From an uncultured Myxococcales bacterium (GTDB taxonomy: Bacteria > Myxococcota_A > Polyangia > GCA-2747355 > CAZCFB01), in assembly GCA_964511535.1 (NCBI GenBank), contig CAZEFW010000015.1, positions 3,754 to 67,753 on the forward strand: a stretch of 64,000 nt of DNA. Direction: 5' to 3'. The notes beneath the pieces were generated by a model. It searched no databases and was not told where the DNA came from. It was given only the letters and a program-made list of their open reading frames with translations. The translations under genes were made by a program, and so were the position numbers. Positions 1-10,490 of this stretch are shown here, piece by piece (positions within the stretch are counted from its first letter, which is position 1; each line of letters opens with the position of its first letter).

Positions 1-500
1 GGGGACAGTGACCAGACCAGGGTGATGAACAGCGGGATCAGCAGCAGGGCCATCATGGTGTCGTTCTGGGCCAGCTCGAACTTCGGCTCCCAGAACAGCG
101 CCAGGGCCAGGGCGCCGATCCAGCGCTCCCGCCGGGGCAGCGCGGCGCCCGTGGGCCAGTAGAACCAGATCCCGATGCAGAGGAACTCCAGCAGCAAGTA
201 CGCCAGGTGAGTGCCCACCACCGGGTTGTCCGCCAGGCGGGCGGGCAACGAGAGCCAGGTGTAGAGCGGGCCGCCCAGGGAGTAGCCGGTGCGGCCCAGC
301 TCCTCGCCCAGCACCCACCAGCCGACCTGGTCGAAGTGCTGAAACTGCAGGTCCAGCAGGTGCAGGTGGGGCATGATCGAGGCGGTGTAGAAGATGTGCA
401 GGTGGCGCAGCGCCAGCGCGCCGGTCACCAGCAGGAACAGCAAGTGCGCCGCAAGCGGCGGCCGCCCCTCCTCGGCCGAGGGGTGGCTCAGCCCGACCAC
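1..500 (-). CDS. Membrane protein, partial (runs off window start); possible GTG start at 500..498 ten nt upstream of the TGA stop of the preceding gene
   Basis: Minus-strand frame translated manually from the sequence; it is an open frame of hydrophobic helices with no stops that reaches position 1 (ending ...ALFWEPKFELAQNDTMMALLLIPLFITLVWSLS). It is not in the ORF track because it is truncated by the window edge. Confidence 0.45.
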   Translation of the reverse strand, partial: MVGLSHPSAEEGRPPLAAHLLFLLVTGALALRHLHIFYTASIMPHLHLLDLQFQHFDQVGWWVLGEELGRTGYSLGGPLYTWLSLPARLADNPVVGTHLAYLLLEFLCIGIWFYWPTGAALPRRERWIGALALALFWEPKFELAQNDTMMALLLIPLFITLVWSLS

Positions 501-1054
501 TCGCCCTGCTCGTAGAACACCACGCCCGGGATCTGCCGCCGCTCCACCTCGGCGCGGACCACCTCGTCCACGACGATGGCCGAGCAGCTCTCGGCCAGGC
601 GGAACAGGCGCAGCCCGCGGGCGCGGTCCTCGTCAATCACCAGGCTGTCGAAGCCGGTGGCCAGCGGCCCGCCCGGCATCCCGGGCATCAGGGCCGAGGC
701 CGCCAGGTCCGCGGCCGCCACCAGCCCCAGCACGTTGAAGGCGACGTAGTCGGCGTGGCGCTCCCCGGCCTCAGGGTCGATGAGCAACGCCGGGAACAGC
801 TCCAGGTTGGTGACGCCCACCGCCTCGAGCGCCTCGAGCAGGTCGGCCCGCATCACCGGGAAGGCCTCGGCGTCGTACAGCGCGCCGAGGTTGCCCGGCT
901 CGTCCGGATCCATATCCAGGGTGTACTCCAGGGGCGTGGGCACCTCGATGGCCAGCTTGCGCCCCCGGTACCAGGGGCCGCCGGGCAGCTCCGGCCCCTC
1001 CTCGATGTCCACGCCAGGATAGGGGCCCTCTCCAACCATCACGAAATGGGCCAT
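488..1054 (-). CDS. Hypothetical cytoplasmic protein (188 aa); weak resemblance to DUF1629/Imm-type immunity proteins
   Basis: Complete ORF, acidic, no signal peptide, GC3-rich codon usage; last gene of a coupled operon. Confidence 0.5.
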   Translation of the reverse strand: MAHFVMVGEGPYPGVDIEEGPELPGGPWYRGRKLAIEVPTPLEYTLDMDPDEPGNLGALYDAEAFPVMRADLLEALEAVGVTNLELFPALLIDPEAGERHADYVAFNVLGLVAAADLAASALMPGMPGGPLATGFDSLVIDEDRARGLRLFRLAESCSAIVVDEVVRAEVERRQIPGVVFYEQGEWSG

Positions 1055-1111
1055 GAAGAGATAAACGCACCGCCGCCGGTGAAGGTCAAGCTGGCCGGCG
1101 GCGCCGCCGCC

Positions 1112-1903
1112 TCAGAACATGCAGGGGATCTGCAGGTTGAGCAGCACCTTGTCGCCGGCCTTCTTGACGGCGTAGGTGGGCGAGCGGACGTCCACGTTGC
1201 GCTCCTGATTGCTGGCGTTGCGCAGGGTGATACGGAACCAGCTGGCCCGGCCCGCCGGGATGTCCTTGAGCGTCAGGGTGTAGCTGAAGAGCGTCCGGTC
1301 CAGGGTGACCAGGGAGCGCGGGTAGATGGCCAGGGCCTCGGCGTCCACCACGGAGATGGCGTACGGCTGCCAGGCGCCGGTGTTGCCCGACTTGCAGCGC
1401 ACGGTGCCCTCCATGGTGCCGGTCTCGTGGGACACCATGTCCAGGGTCAGGTCGGTCTGCTTGCCCGCCACCAGGTCCACGGTCTGCACCTTCTGCTGCC
1501 GGTAGGTGCGCAGGCCGGCGGCGGTCACCAGCCACGCCACGGCGCCGACGCTGTATGAAGGCCCGCTCGGCACGGTGAGGCTCAGCACCACCTCGCCCGA
1601 GGCGCCCTCCCCCGCGCCGACGCCCTTTTTGGGGTCGGGCCAGGTGCCGGCCACGGTCTTCTTGCCCGAGGCGCCCACGGTGACGCGCACCAGCTTGGGG
1701 AACTGGTTGTCCTTGGCCGACTGGCCCAGGCGGAACAGCCCCTGGCTGTCCCAGGGCGAGTAGGAGCCGCCCCCGGTGAGGGCCGCGGGGGGCGTGTCCA
1801 GGACAACGGACAGGGCGACATACTCCTGGTCCATGGGATCGACCAGGCAGCCGCCGGCGAGCAGCGCCCACAGCAGGGCCAGGGTCCGCAGGGTGAGGGT
1901 CAC
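1112..1903 (-). CDS. Lipoprotein, hypothetical (263 aa)
   Basis: N-terminal signal peptide with lipobox LLAGGC; start overlaps the upstream stop (ATGA-type coupling). Confidence 0.6.
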   Translation of the reverse strand: MTLTLRTLALLWALLAGGCLVDPMDQEYVALSVVLDTPPAALTGGGSYSPWDSQGLFRLGQSAKDNQFPKLVRVTVGASGKKTVAGTWPDPKKGVGAGEGASGEVVLSLTVPSGPSYSVGAVAWLVTAAGLRTYRQQKVQTVDLVAGKQTDLTLDMVSHETGTMEGTVRCKSGNTGAWQPYAISVVDAEALAIYPRSLVTLDRTLFSYTLTLKDIPAGRASWFRITLRNASNQERNVDVRSPTYAVKKAGDKVLLNLQIPCMF

Positions 1904-2700
1904 TTGAACGCCCCCTTGGGTACGCCGCGGACGGTGATGCGTACCGGCGCGGTGAAGGTCTCCGGCGTGGAGGTGCCGCCGCTCTTGCCGTCGCCCACGC
2001 CCTCGCCCGCGCCGCCGCCCTCGGTGCAGCCGCAGGCGGCGGTCTCGCGCTGGGCCTGGCGCTCACGCTGGGCCGTGCCCTCGGCGCGCTGGATGTCCTC
2101 AAGGTCGAGCTCTCCGGCGGGGGGCGCCCAGGCGGGCGGGGGCTGATACCGGGCGGCGTCGGCGAGCAGCGCCGCCGGCGGGGGGCCCTGCACCGGGGCG
2201 GTCTTGCCGTCGGACAGCAGCGCGACGCCCTGCCCGGCGCGGACCTGGCGCCGCGCGCCGCCAGCCCGCGAGACGTTGACCATCCCGGACGTGACGTACA
2301 GCTTGCCCGGGGCCAGCAGCATCACCGCGCCCGCCCGGGGGGCGACCTTCCAGCCGCTCCAGCTGACCACCGCCGGGCCGCCCGCCAGGCGCATGGCCCC
2401 CGGTCCGGAGAAGGACAGGCCGCCGAGGAACGGATCCTCCGGCGTGAGCCTGGCCGGGCCGACCACCCCCACGGCCACGGCTCCCATCACGAGCTGAGCC
2501 ACCGCGCCCCGGGCCAGGACGAGGGTCTTCTTTTCGGCCACGACGCCGCCGGCGCCCTTGAGCGGCGCGCCGTCCAGGGTCGCCTCGCCCACCAGGGAGA
2601 GCAGGCTCAGCCCCGGCCCCGGCGCGCCGGGCTCGGGCGCGGCGCTCGCGCTGGAGGCCGCCAGCAGCAGCAGCAAGGTGAAGGCTCCGGTGCGCATCAT
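1900..2700 (-). CDS. Secreted FecR-like domain protein (start MMRTGAF..., about 267 aa)
   Basis: Signal peptide; the ATG overlaps the TGA of the upstream gene (AATGATG). The track ORF 1900..2874 is an upstream extension in the same frame. Confidence 0.55.
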   Translation of the reverse strand: MMRTGAFTLLLLLAASSASAAPEPGAPGPGLSLLSLVGEATLDGAPLKGAGGVVAEKKTLVLARGAVAQLVMGAVAVGVVGPARLTPEDPFLGGLSFSGPGAMRLAGGPAVVSWSGWKVAPRAGAVMLLAPGKLYVTSGMVNVSRAGGARRQVRAGQGVALLSDGKTAPVQGPPPAALLADAARYQPPPAWAPPAGELDLEDIQRAEGTAQRERQAQRETAACGCTEGGGAGEGVGDGKSGGTSTPETFTAPVRITVRGVPKGAFK

Positions 2701-4243
2701 TGGTAGCTCCACGAGACGTTGACCGACCCGAGGTGGCGCCGGATGTCGAAGCTGGCCACGGTGGAGGGGCGCCAGTCGCGTTGATAGGAGGCCCACACGC
2801 GAAAGCCGAGGGGCAGCGTCCGTCCCAGCTCCACCGCGAGCTGGATCTGGTGGTCCTCGCGCAGCTCCTTCCACGGGCCTCCCTCCGAGTGGGGGAAACG
2901 CTGGTGCTCGTAGGCGCCGCGCAGGCCGAGCACCAGGTCCAGGGGCAGCAGCAGCGACCCGCCCACCCCCTGGCCGTAGGCGAGGGCCGTGTAGTAATCC
3001 CGGTCGGCCATGCGGTAGCGGCCGTAGAGCCAGAACAGCAGCCGCAGGCGATCCGAGAGCACCGACAGCCCGTGCTCCAGCGACAGCTCCAGGCCGAGGT
3101 TGCTGCGGGGGAAGTGGGCGAAGGTCTCCCGGGCCACGCTGTAGGTCACGCGGGTGGCCCCGCCGTCAGCGGCCCGGCGCTCCAGGGTCAGGTGCCCTGC
3201 GTGGCGCTCGAGGAAGATGTGGTGGTCGTCGGCCACCGGTGGCGTGCCGTCCTCGAACAGCTCGTTGAACCCGTCGAGGAACACCAGGTCGAAGCTGTAG
3301 CTGGCCCCGAGGGTCCAGAGGTCCGGGCCGGAGGTGAGCACCCGCGAATAGCCCGCCACGGTGGACAGGGCGGTGGCGGCCACGTCAGACGCCGTGGGCG
3401 AGCCGCCGCCGGTGTCGGCCGGAAAGTAGAAGGTGCGCGCCACGCCGACCCTGCCCTCCACCCGGTTGAACCGATCGATCCAGGGGCGCAGGGTGAGGCT
3501 GCCCGCCAGGGAGAGGCCGAAGACCGGGTCCCCCTGGGCGTCATGCTCGTACAGCGGGTTTTCGTCCACCAGTCCGCCGGCGGCCAGGGAGCCGGAGAGG
3601 AACCCGGAGGGCAGGCCCCCTGCGTCGTGGGTCGCGCGCATCAGGCGGCGGGCCAGCTCACCCCGCTCGCCCAGCAGCAGGGGCGACAGCACGGCGCGGC
3701 TGCGGTCCAGCTCCCGCGCCCGGAACAGCGCAAGGGCCAGCTGCAGATCCGACTCCTGGCGTGGGCCCCCCTTCAGCTTGCGGGCCGCCCGCAGGGCCGC
3801 GGCCGCCTCGGCGGGCTCGTCCATGGCGAGGTAGGCGATGCCGAGGTAGTGCGCGGCGGCCCAGGAGCGCGGGGCGAGCTCGTGCGCCCGGCTCAGGGCG
3901 CGCACCGCCCAGACGGCGTTCCCCTCGGCCAGGTAGATCAGCCCGAGGTCCAGCTGCAACCGCGCGTCCTGCGGGGCCAGGCGGGCGGCGCCGCGCAGCA
4001 CCCGCCGCCCCTCCTCGAGCTGGCCCAGCCGCGCCAGGGCCAGGCCCAGGTGGTGCGCCGCGGCCAGGTGCTCCGGGTTCCCGCGCAGCGCGGCGCGCAG
4101 CAGGGGCACGGCCTTGCCCAGCTCGCCCTGCTGGTAGCGCAGGATCCCGCGCGCGGCTGACAGCTCCGGGGGCACGTCCGCGGCCAGCGCCGGGGCCGCC
4201 GCGAGGAACAACAGCAGGCCTGAGAGCAGGCTACTGCGCATTG
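2697..4243 (-). CDS. TPR-repeat N-terminal domain plus C-terminal outer-membrane beta-barrel-like protein (about 515 aa from MRSSLLSG...)
   Basis: Signal peptide; TPR-like repeats (AAHHLGLALARLG, AAHYLGIAYLAMDEP); the C-terminus alternates hydrophobic residues and ends ...SVNVSWSYQ (aromatic OMP-like terminus); GGGAG RBS before the ATG at 4243. Confidence 0.6.
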
Positions 4244-4911
4244 AGCTCCCGTACCTTCTTGGCCGCCGCGGGCGCGTCCTTGTCCGAAAACTCGGACAGC
4301 TTGGAGGCCAGGCGGCCCTGCTTGTCGACGAAGAAGAAGTCGTAGTAGTTGGCACCGTAGAGGTACCAGACCCCCTTGGTGTCAGGCGTCACGGGGAAGC
4401 TCACCTTGTCGAAGCCGGGCGCGGCGTACTCCCAGGTGACGCCGCCGGCGGTCACCGCCAGCAGCTCAAAGTCGGTGATCCCCTCGGCCTGGAGGGGCTT
4501 GACCAGCTTGTTCTCGAAGGCAACAACCTGCTGCCCACAGTAGCCTCACCCGAGTAACCCGAAGTAGAGCATCACCACCTTCCCCTTGAGGGCGTTGAGG
4601 CAGACCTGCTTGTTGTAGTGGGCGCTCCTGGGGTTGACCGCCTTGAGGCAGAAGTTGGGGGCGGGGACCCGATCGGAGATGGCGAAGACGCAGCGGTTGC
4701 TCTTGCACGACTTGCCCACGGGCACGCCCTTGACGTAGCAGTCGGCGTCCTTCTCGCACTGCAGGTAGCAGCTGCCGGTGGCCAGCTCGCAGATCTGGCC
4801 GCCCGGGCAGTCGCCGTCCGCGGCGCAGCGACCGTAGGTGGAGTCCACCAGGCAGCCGCCCGCCAGCAGCAGGCAGGGGATCAGCAGCAGCGGGAGGTGG
4901 CGGCCGGGCAT
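4231..4911 (-). CDS. Candidate selenoprotein: Cys-rich lipoprotein with a TlpA/ResA-like thioredoxin-fold domain; in-frame TGA at 4548..4546 sits at the first position of CxxC (KGKVVMLYFGLLG-U-GYCGQQ)
   Basis: Track ORFs 4546..5559(-) and 4231..4455(-) are in the same frame, separated only by one TGA. Translation continues across it without stops (...UGYCGQQVVAFENKLVKPLQAEGITDFELLAVTAGGVTWEY...FFFVDKQGRL...). GGGAGG RBS lies 7 nt before the ATG at 4911. Signal peptide with lipobox LLLAGGC. A 6-bp stem with loop AGGUU lies 10 nt 3' of the UGA on the mRNA (+ strand 4535..4519). Confidence 0.6.
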
Positions 4912-6041
4912 CACTTGCCTCCCGTGGTTGTGTGGAGCATCACGCCGCCCTCGCCCACGGCCCACCCCTCGGAGGCAGAGCTGAAGCAGACCGACTCGAG
5001 CCGCTTGGTGGTGCCGGACGGCTGCACCTTCCAGGAGCCGCCGCCGTCGGTGGTGTGCAGGATGGTCCCCTTGTCGCCCACGGCCCAGCCGAGCTTGCTG
5101 CTGTACATGTAGACGTCCCACAGGTGGTTCTTGGTGGGAGACGTGATCGCCTTCCAGACCTTGCCCTTGCCGTCGGTGCTGCGCAGGATGCCGCCGAACT
5201 CGCCCACCGTGACGCCCAGGGAGGGGCCCACGAAGTCGAGGCCGCGCAGGGCGTACTTGAAGGCCGTCTTGACCGACGCCCAGGTGACGCCGCCATCGCT
5301 GGTGTAGTACACCTTGCCGCCGGTCTTGCCCACCATCCAGCCGAGCTTGTTGAACGAGAAGATGTCGTAGAACTCCTCGCTCTTGTAGGTGGGCGTGGCG
5401 CAGACCCAGCTGTAGGAGACCGAGCCGTCGTAATACTTGGACCCGCCGCCCTGCTTGTTCACCGCCACCCCGGCGCCGAGGCCGCGGTCGTAGTCGTGCA
5501 GGTGCAGGGCGTAGAAGGTGTCGAAGATGTAGGCGCTGCACTGGGGAGCGACCCCCCACTTGGTGCCCAGGTCCATGGTCTGCCAGATGTTGTAGTCCTT
5601 GCCCGCGACCACGCCGTAGGTCGCGCCCTTGGCGTTCTCACCGAACGCCACGGTGAACAGCTCCTTCTTGGTGCTGGCGGACTGGTTGACGAAGGTCTTC
5701 TTGCCCTTGGCCCGGTACAGGATGGTGCCCTTCTTGCCCACGGCGAAGACATGGCCCTTGAAGCAGGCCACGGCGTGCAGGTCCACCGGGGCCGACAGCT
5801 CCGCCTTCCACTTGGGCGGCCCCATGGTGTCGGGGGGCGGCGCCTTGTCGGGAGGCGGCTGGGTGTCCGGCGGCGGGGCGGTGTCCGGGACGGGGGCGCT
5901 GTCCGGCTTCAGGTCCGGCGTGGAGCCCAGGTCGGGCCAGACCGCCCCCGAGTCGGCGGAGGCCGCCCGGTCCGAGCAGGCGGAGGCCAGCCCTACGGAC
6001 AGGGCGATGATGGCGAGGGTTATATAGGGTACGCGCTGCAT
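4911..6041 (-). CDS. Lipoprotein with Ycf48-like/BNR (sialidase-type) beta-propeller repeats
   Basis: Signal peptide plus lipobox (LASAC); repeated motifs GWAVG...GTILHTTDGGGSW / YYTSDGGVTW; stop overlaps the start of the downstream gene (ATGA). Confidence 0.65.
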   Translation of the reverse strand: MQRVPYITLAIIALSVGLASACSDRAASADSGAVWPDLGSTPDLKPDSAPVPDTAPPPDTQPPPDKAPPPDTMGPPKWKAELSAPVDLHAVACFKGHVFAVGKKGTILYRAKGKKTFVNQSASTKKELFTVAFGENAKGATYGVVAGKDYNIWQTMDLGTKWGVAPQCSAYIFDTFYALHLHDYDRGLGAGVAVNKQGGGSKYYDGSVSYSWVCATPTYKSEEFYDIFSFNKLGWMVGKTGGKVYYTSDGGVTWASVKTAFKYALRGLDFVGPSLGVTVGEFGGILRSTDGKGKVWKAITSPTKNHLWDVYMYSSKLGWAVGDKGTILHTTDGGGSWKVQPSGTTKRLESVCFSSASEGWAVGEGGVMLHTTTGGK

Positions 6042-6098
6042 GGGGGGATCGTACCAGAGGATCTCCCGGAAACTAAAGGGGGCAAAAGCCTCCAGCAG

Positions 6099-7106
6099 TC
6101 AGCCCACCAGCTCGTGTGGGTACCGCTCCAGCGCCTCCGGGTTCACCAGGTTCGGCGGCATCCGCCCACTCAGCACCGCGTGGGCGTTGGCCGCCGCCGC
6201 CCGGGCCATGCCGGCGCGAGCCCCCACGGTGGCGCTGCCCAGGTGCGGCAGCACCAGCACGTTGTCCAGATCGGCCAGCCCCTGCGCCATGGCCGGCTCA
6301 CGCTCGAAGACGTCCAGCGCCGCGCCGGCGATGCCGCCGCGCTGGAGGCACGACACCAGCGCGGCCTCGTCGACGATGGGCCCCCGGGCGGTGTTGATCA
6401 GGTGGGCGGTGGGCTTCATCAACCCCAGGCGCTCGGCGTCGATGAGGTGCCGGGTCTGCTCGGTCAACGGCGTGTGGATCGTCACGAAGTCCGCCTCGCC
6501 CAGCAGCTGCTCCAGGGAGACCCCGTGCGCCCGGGTCAGCCCCAGGTCGACCTCGCCCTGCGCGCCGGTGTCGTGAAACAGGATCCGCATGTCGAACCCC
6601 GCCGCTCGCCGCGCCACGGCCCGGCCGATCTGTCCCAGCCCGACGATGCCGAGGGTCTTGCCCGCGACGTCCGCGCCCAGCAGCAGCAGCGGCCCCCACC
6701 CGTCGTACTGCCCCGCGCGCATGAAGCGGTCCCCCTCCACCAGCCGCCTCGCGATGCCCAGGATCAACGCCCAGGTCAGGTCCGCGGTGGCCTCGGTGAG
6801 CACCCCGGGCGTGTTGGTCACCAGCACGCCGCGCCGCGTGGCCGCGGGCACGTCCACGTTGTCGAAGCCCACCGCGTAGTTGGCCACCACCCGCAGCCGC
6901 GGCGATGCCGCCGCCAACAGCTCCTCGTCCACGGCGACGGTGAGCAGCGGCAGCAGGGCGTCGAACCGCCCCACCCGCTCCAGCACCGCGGACCGCGGCT
7001 CTGTCCCTTGAAGCTGCACCACCCGGTGGTGCTGGTGCAGCAGGTCGAGGCCGCCCTGCACCAGCGGATGCGTCACCAGGATCCGCCCGCCATCAGACAT
7101 GCTCAT
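6099..7106 (-). CDS. D-isomer-specific 2-hydroxyacid dehydrogenase (glyoxylate/hydroxypyruvate reductase family)
   Basis: NAD-binding GxGxxG (GIVGLGQIGRAVARRA), catalytic-domain pattern and overall length typical of the family. Confidence 0.85.
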   Translation of the reverse strand: MSMSDGGRILVTHPLVQGGLDLLHQHHRVVQLQGTEPRSAVLERVGRFDALLPLLTVAVDEELLAAASPRLRVVANYAVGFDNVDVPAATRRGVLVTNTPGVLTEATADLTWALILGIARRLVEGDRFMRAGQYDGWGPLLLLGADVAGKTLGIVGLGQIGRAVARRAAGFDMRILFHDTGAQGEVDLGLTRAHGVSLEQLLGEADFVTIHTPLTEQTRHLIDAERLGLMKPTAHLINTARGPIVDEAALVSCLQRGGIAGAALDVFEREPAMAQGLADLDNVLVLPHLGSATVGARAGMARAAAANAHAVLSGRMPPNLVNPEALERYPHELVG

Positions 7107-7629
7107 GCTCCTTCATCGTCCACGCCGCCAGCGCTCCGAACGCCAGCATCGCGCCCTTGGCCAGGGCCAGCGGGGCCACTGAAAGCGGCGTGAGCAGCCC
7201 GAGGGCGGTGCCCGCGCCCGCCACGGCCATGGCCGCCAGGCAGAACCACCGCGACCGCCCGGTGATGAGCAGCACGGCCGCGGCGAAGGCCATCAGCCCG
7301 CCCAGAACGGACACCGCGCCAGAGACCATCATGATGGCGCTCGAGTCCTCGAGCTCCTCGACGATCTTCGTCGCCCGGGCCTTGACTCGGGCCAGCGCTT
7401 GCCGCTCGCCCAGCTGCTTGAGCTTCACGCCCCGCTTGCGCAACAGCCGGCGCTCCGACGCGCTGAGCCCCCCCGCCGCGCTGCCGACGTTCTGTTCCAG
7501 CAGCTTGAGGCCGGCGTGGATCACGGTGCGCCCCGCGCGGCTCGCCCCGGCCGCGGCCATGTTGCACGCCCCACTGCTGAAACAGAGGATGGCAGCCAGC
7601 AAAACCACCATCCCGCCTGCGATACGCAT
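7093..7629 (-). CDS. Membrane protein, hypothetical (178 aa)
   Basis: N-terminal hydrophobic segment plus two C-terminal TM helices; overlaps the downstream gene by 14 nt. Confidence 0.5.
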   Translation of the reverse strand: MRIAGGMVVLLAAILCFSSGACNMAAAGASRAGRTVIHAGLKLLEQNVGSAAGGLSASERRLLRKRGVKLKQLGERQALARVKARATKIVEELEDSSAIMMVSGAVSVLGGLMAFAAAVLLITGRSRWFCLAAMAVAGAGTALGLLTPLSVAPLALAKGAMLAFGALAAWTMKEHEHV

Positions 7630-7694
7630 CGCTGTGCTCCTCTGTAGGTCACTTTAGCTCAAACTACGCCGGGTGAGGTACACTGCTCCCCACC

Positions 7695-8165
7695 ATGCGT
7701 GTGCTGGCTTCCATGCTGTTCATCACCGCTGCGGTGGTCCAGCTCCTGCTCGGGGGGCTGCTCATCTTCTCCGGGCAGGACCAGGAGCATGACGCCCGGG
7801 CGGAGGTGGGCGACCTGTCGTCTGTGAGCGCCGACCTGGTGAGCGAAGAGGAGCTCGCCGCCATGAAGGCCACCGGCGACCGGGAGGCCGGCGGGGCAGG
7901 CAAGCAGACCCAGGCGCTGGGCATCCTGGCGCTGGCCCTGGCCGCCCTGCTGCTGGTGGCCGCCCTGCTGGTGATGCTGCGCAAGGGACCCGCCCCGGTC
8001 CGCCTGGCCCCGGGGGTGCTCTCCATGGCCTGCCTTGCCGCCATCTGGTTCCTGGAGGGCGGGCCGCTCACCGCGATCATCGCCCTGGCCCTGCTCGCCC
8101 TTGGCCTGATCCTCGCCGGCGCGGACGCGGCTCGAAATTCCACCGCCAAGCAGGTGGCGCCGTGA
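7695..8165 (+). CDS. Membrane protein, hypothetical (156 aa, 4 predicted TM helices)
   Basis: Hydrophobic helices; stop overlaps the GTG start of the HAD gene (GTGA). Confidence 0.5.
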   Translation: MRVLASMLFITAAVVQLLLGGLLIFSGQDQEHDARAEVGDLSSVSADLVSEEELAAMKATGDREAGGAGKQTQALGILALALAALLLVAALLVMLRKGPAPVRLAPGVLSMACLAAIWFLEGGPLTAIIALALLALGLILAGADAARNSTAKQVAP

Positions 8166-8824
8166 GCGCCCCGACGCCCGGCATCATCTTCGACCTCGAC
8201 GGCCTGCTGGCTGACACCGAGCCGGTGTGGGCCGAGTCGGCCCGGCGCCTGCTGGCCCGCCGCGGCCTGGCGTGGGAGCCCCGGCTCAAGGCCCGCATCA
8301 TGGGCCGCCACCCGCTGGAGGTGGCGCGGATACTGGCGGACCACTACGACCTGGACGAGCCCCCGGAGGTGCTGTTCGAGGAGCGCATCGCGCTGGTGCA
8401 CGCGCTGTACGACGAGCAGCCGGCCCGGCCCATGCCCGGCGCCCTGGCCCTGGTGGGCGCCCTGCACGGGGCGGGGCATCCCATGGCCGTGGCGTCCGGC
8501 TCGTTGACCCCCCTCGTGGATCGCGTGGTCAGCCACCTCGGCGTCGGCCCGGCCATGAATGCCTGCATCGGCTCGGACCAGGTGGCCCGAGGCAAGCCGG
8601 CCCCGGACATCTTCTTGCTCGCCGCCCGCCGCCTGGACCTCCCGCCGGAGCGCTGCTTCGTGCTCGAGGACGCCGCCGCCGGCGTGGAGGCGGCCCTGGC
8701 CGCCGGCATGACCTGCATTTGCGTGCCCTCCCCGGAGACGCCCCCCGACGCCGCGGCCCGGGCCCATCGCGTGGTGGCAAGCCTCGAGGCGCTGGGGGTC
8801 GCGGACTTCCGACAGACATCTTAG
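8162..8824 (+). CDS. HAD-superfamily hydrolase (beta-phosphoglucomutase-like subfamily IA)
   Basis: DxDG motif (IIFDLDGLLADTE), S/T motif, K...DD motifs typical of HAD. Confidence 0.8.
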   Translation: MSAPTPGIIFDLDGLLADTEPVWAESARRLLARRGLAWEPRLKARIMGRHPLEVARILADHYDLDEPPEVLFEERIALVHALYDEQPARPMPGALALVGALHGAGHPMAVASGSLTPLVDRVVSHLGVGPAMNACIGSDQVARGKPAPDIFLLAARRLDLPPERCFVLEDAAAGVEAALAAGMTCICVPSPETPPDAAARAHRVVASLEALGVADFRQTS

Positions 8825-8833
8825 ACTTGGGGC

Positions 8834-10312
<1,479 letters not shown>

Positions 10313-10368
10313 CCCGCTGTCATTCTGCCATTTTGGCCCCAGCCCTGGCCCTCCCTGGCCCTGTACAG

Positions 10369-10426
10369 AAGTTCAAAGGTTGGCACTGACCCGATAAACC
10401 GAAAGTTCAAAGGTTGGCACTGACCC
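10369..10426. repeat. Two perfect 24-bp direct repeats (AAGTTCAAAGGTTGGCACTGACCC) at 10369..10392 and 10403..10426, between convergent gene ends
   Basis: Seen directly in the sequence. Confidence 0.8.
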
Positions 10427-10440
10427 CAATATCCGCTGAC

Positions 10441-10490
10441 CTGAAGCCTGAAGTCTGAAGCCTGATGCCTGGGCTCGCGAAGCGAGCTCT
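10441..10490. repeat. Copy of dispersed repeat family 1 (CTGAAGCCTGAAGTCTGAAGCC ... GCGAAGCGAGC)
   Basis: Same heptamer/GCGAGCGAAGCGAGC modules recur at 26527-26904, 34511-34791, 50449-50562 and 57745-57780. Confidence 0.7.

Noticed and set aside
2700-4160. Long plus-strand ORFs (2700..4160, 4932..7193, 10520..12562, 36745..39147, 59889..63200, 52905..53912, 35338..36624, 46635..47816) opposite annotated minus-strand genes
   Set aside because: All are Arg/Ala/Gly/His-rich mirror ORFs caused by very high GC and absent stop codons; the opposite strands carry recognisable domains, signal peptides or RBS and coupled starts.
10381-10426. Sigma-54 promoter (TGGCAC) in the 24-bp direct repeats
   Set aside because: No GC...TTGCW -12 element at the required spacing, and the site lies between convergent gene ends.
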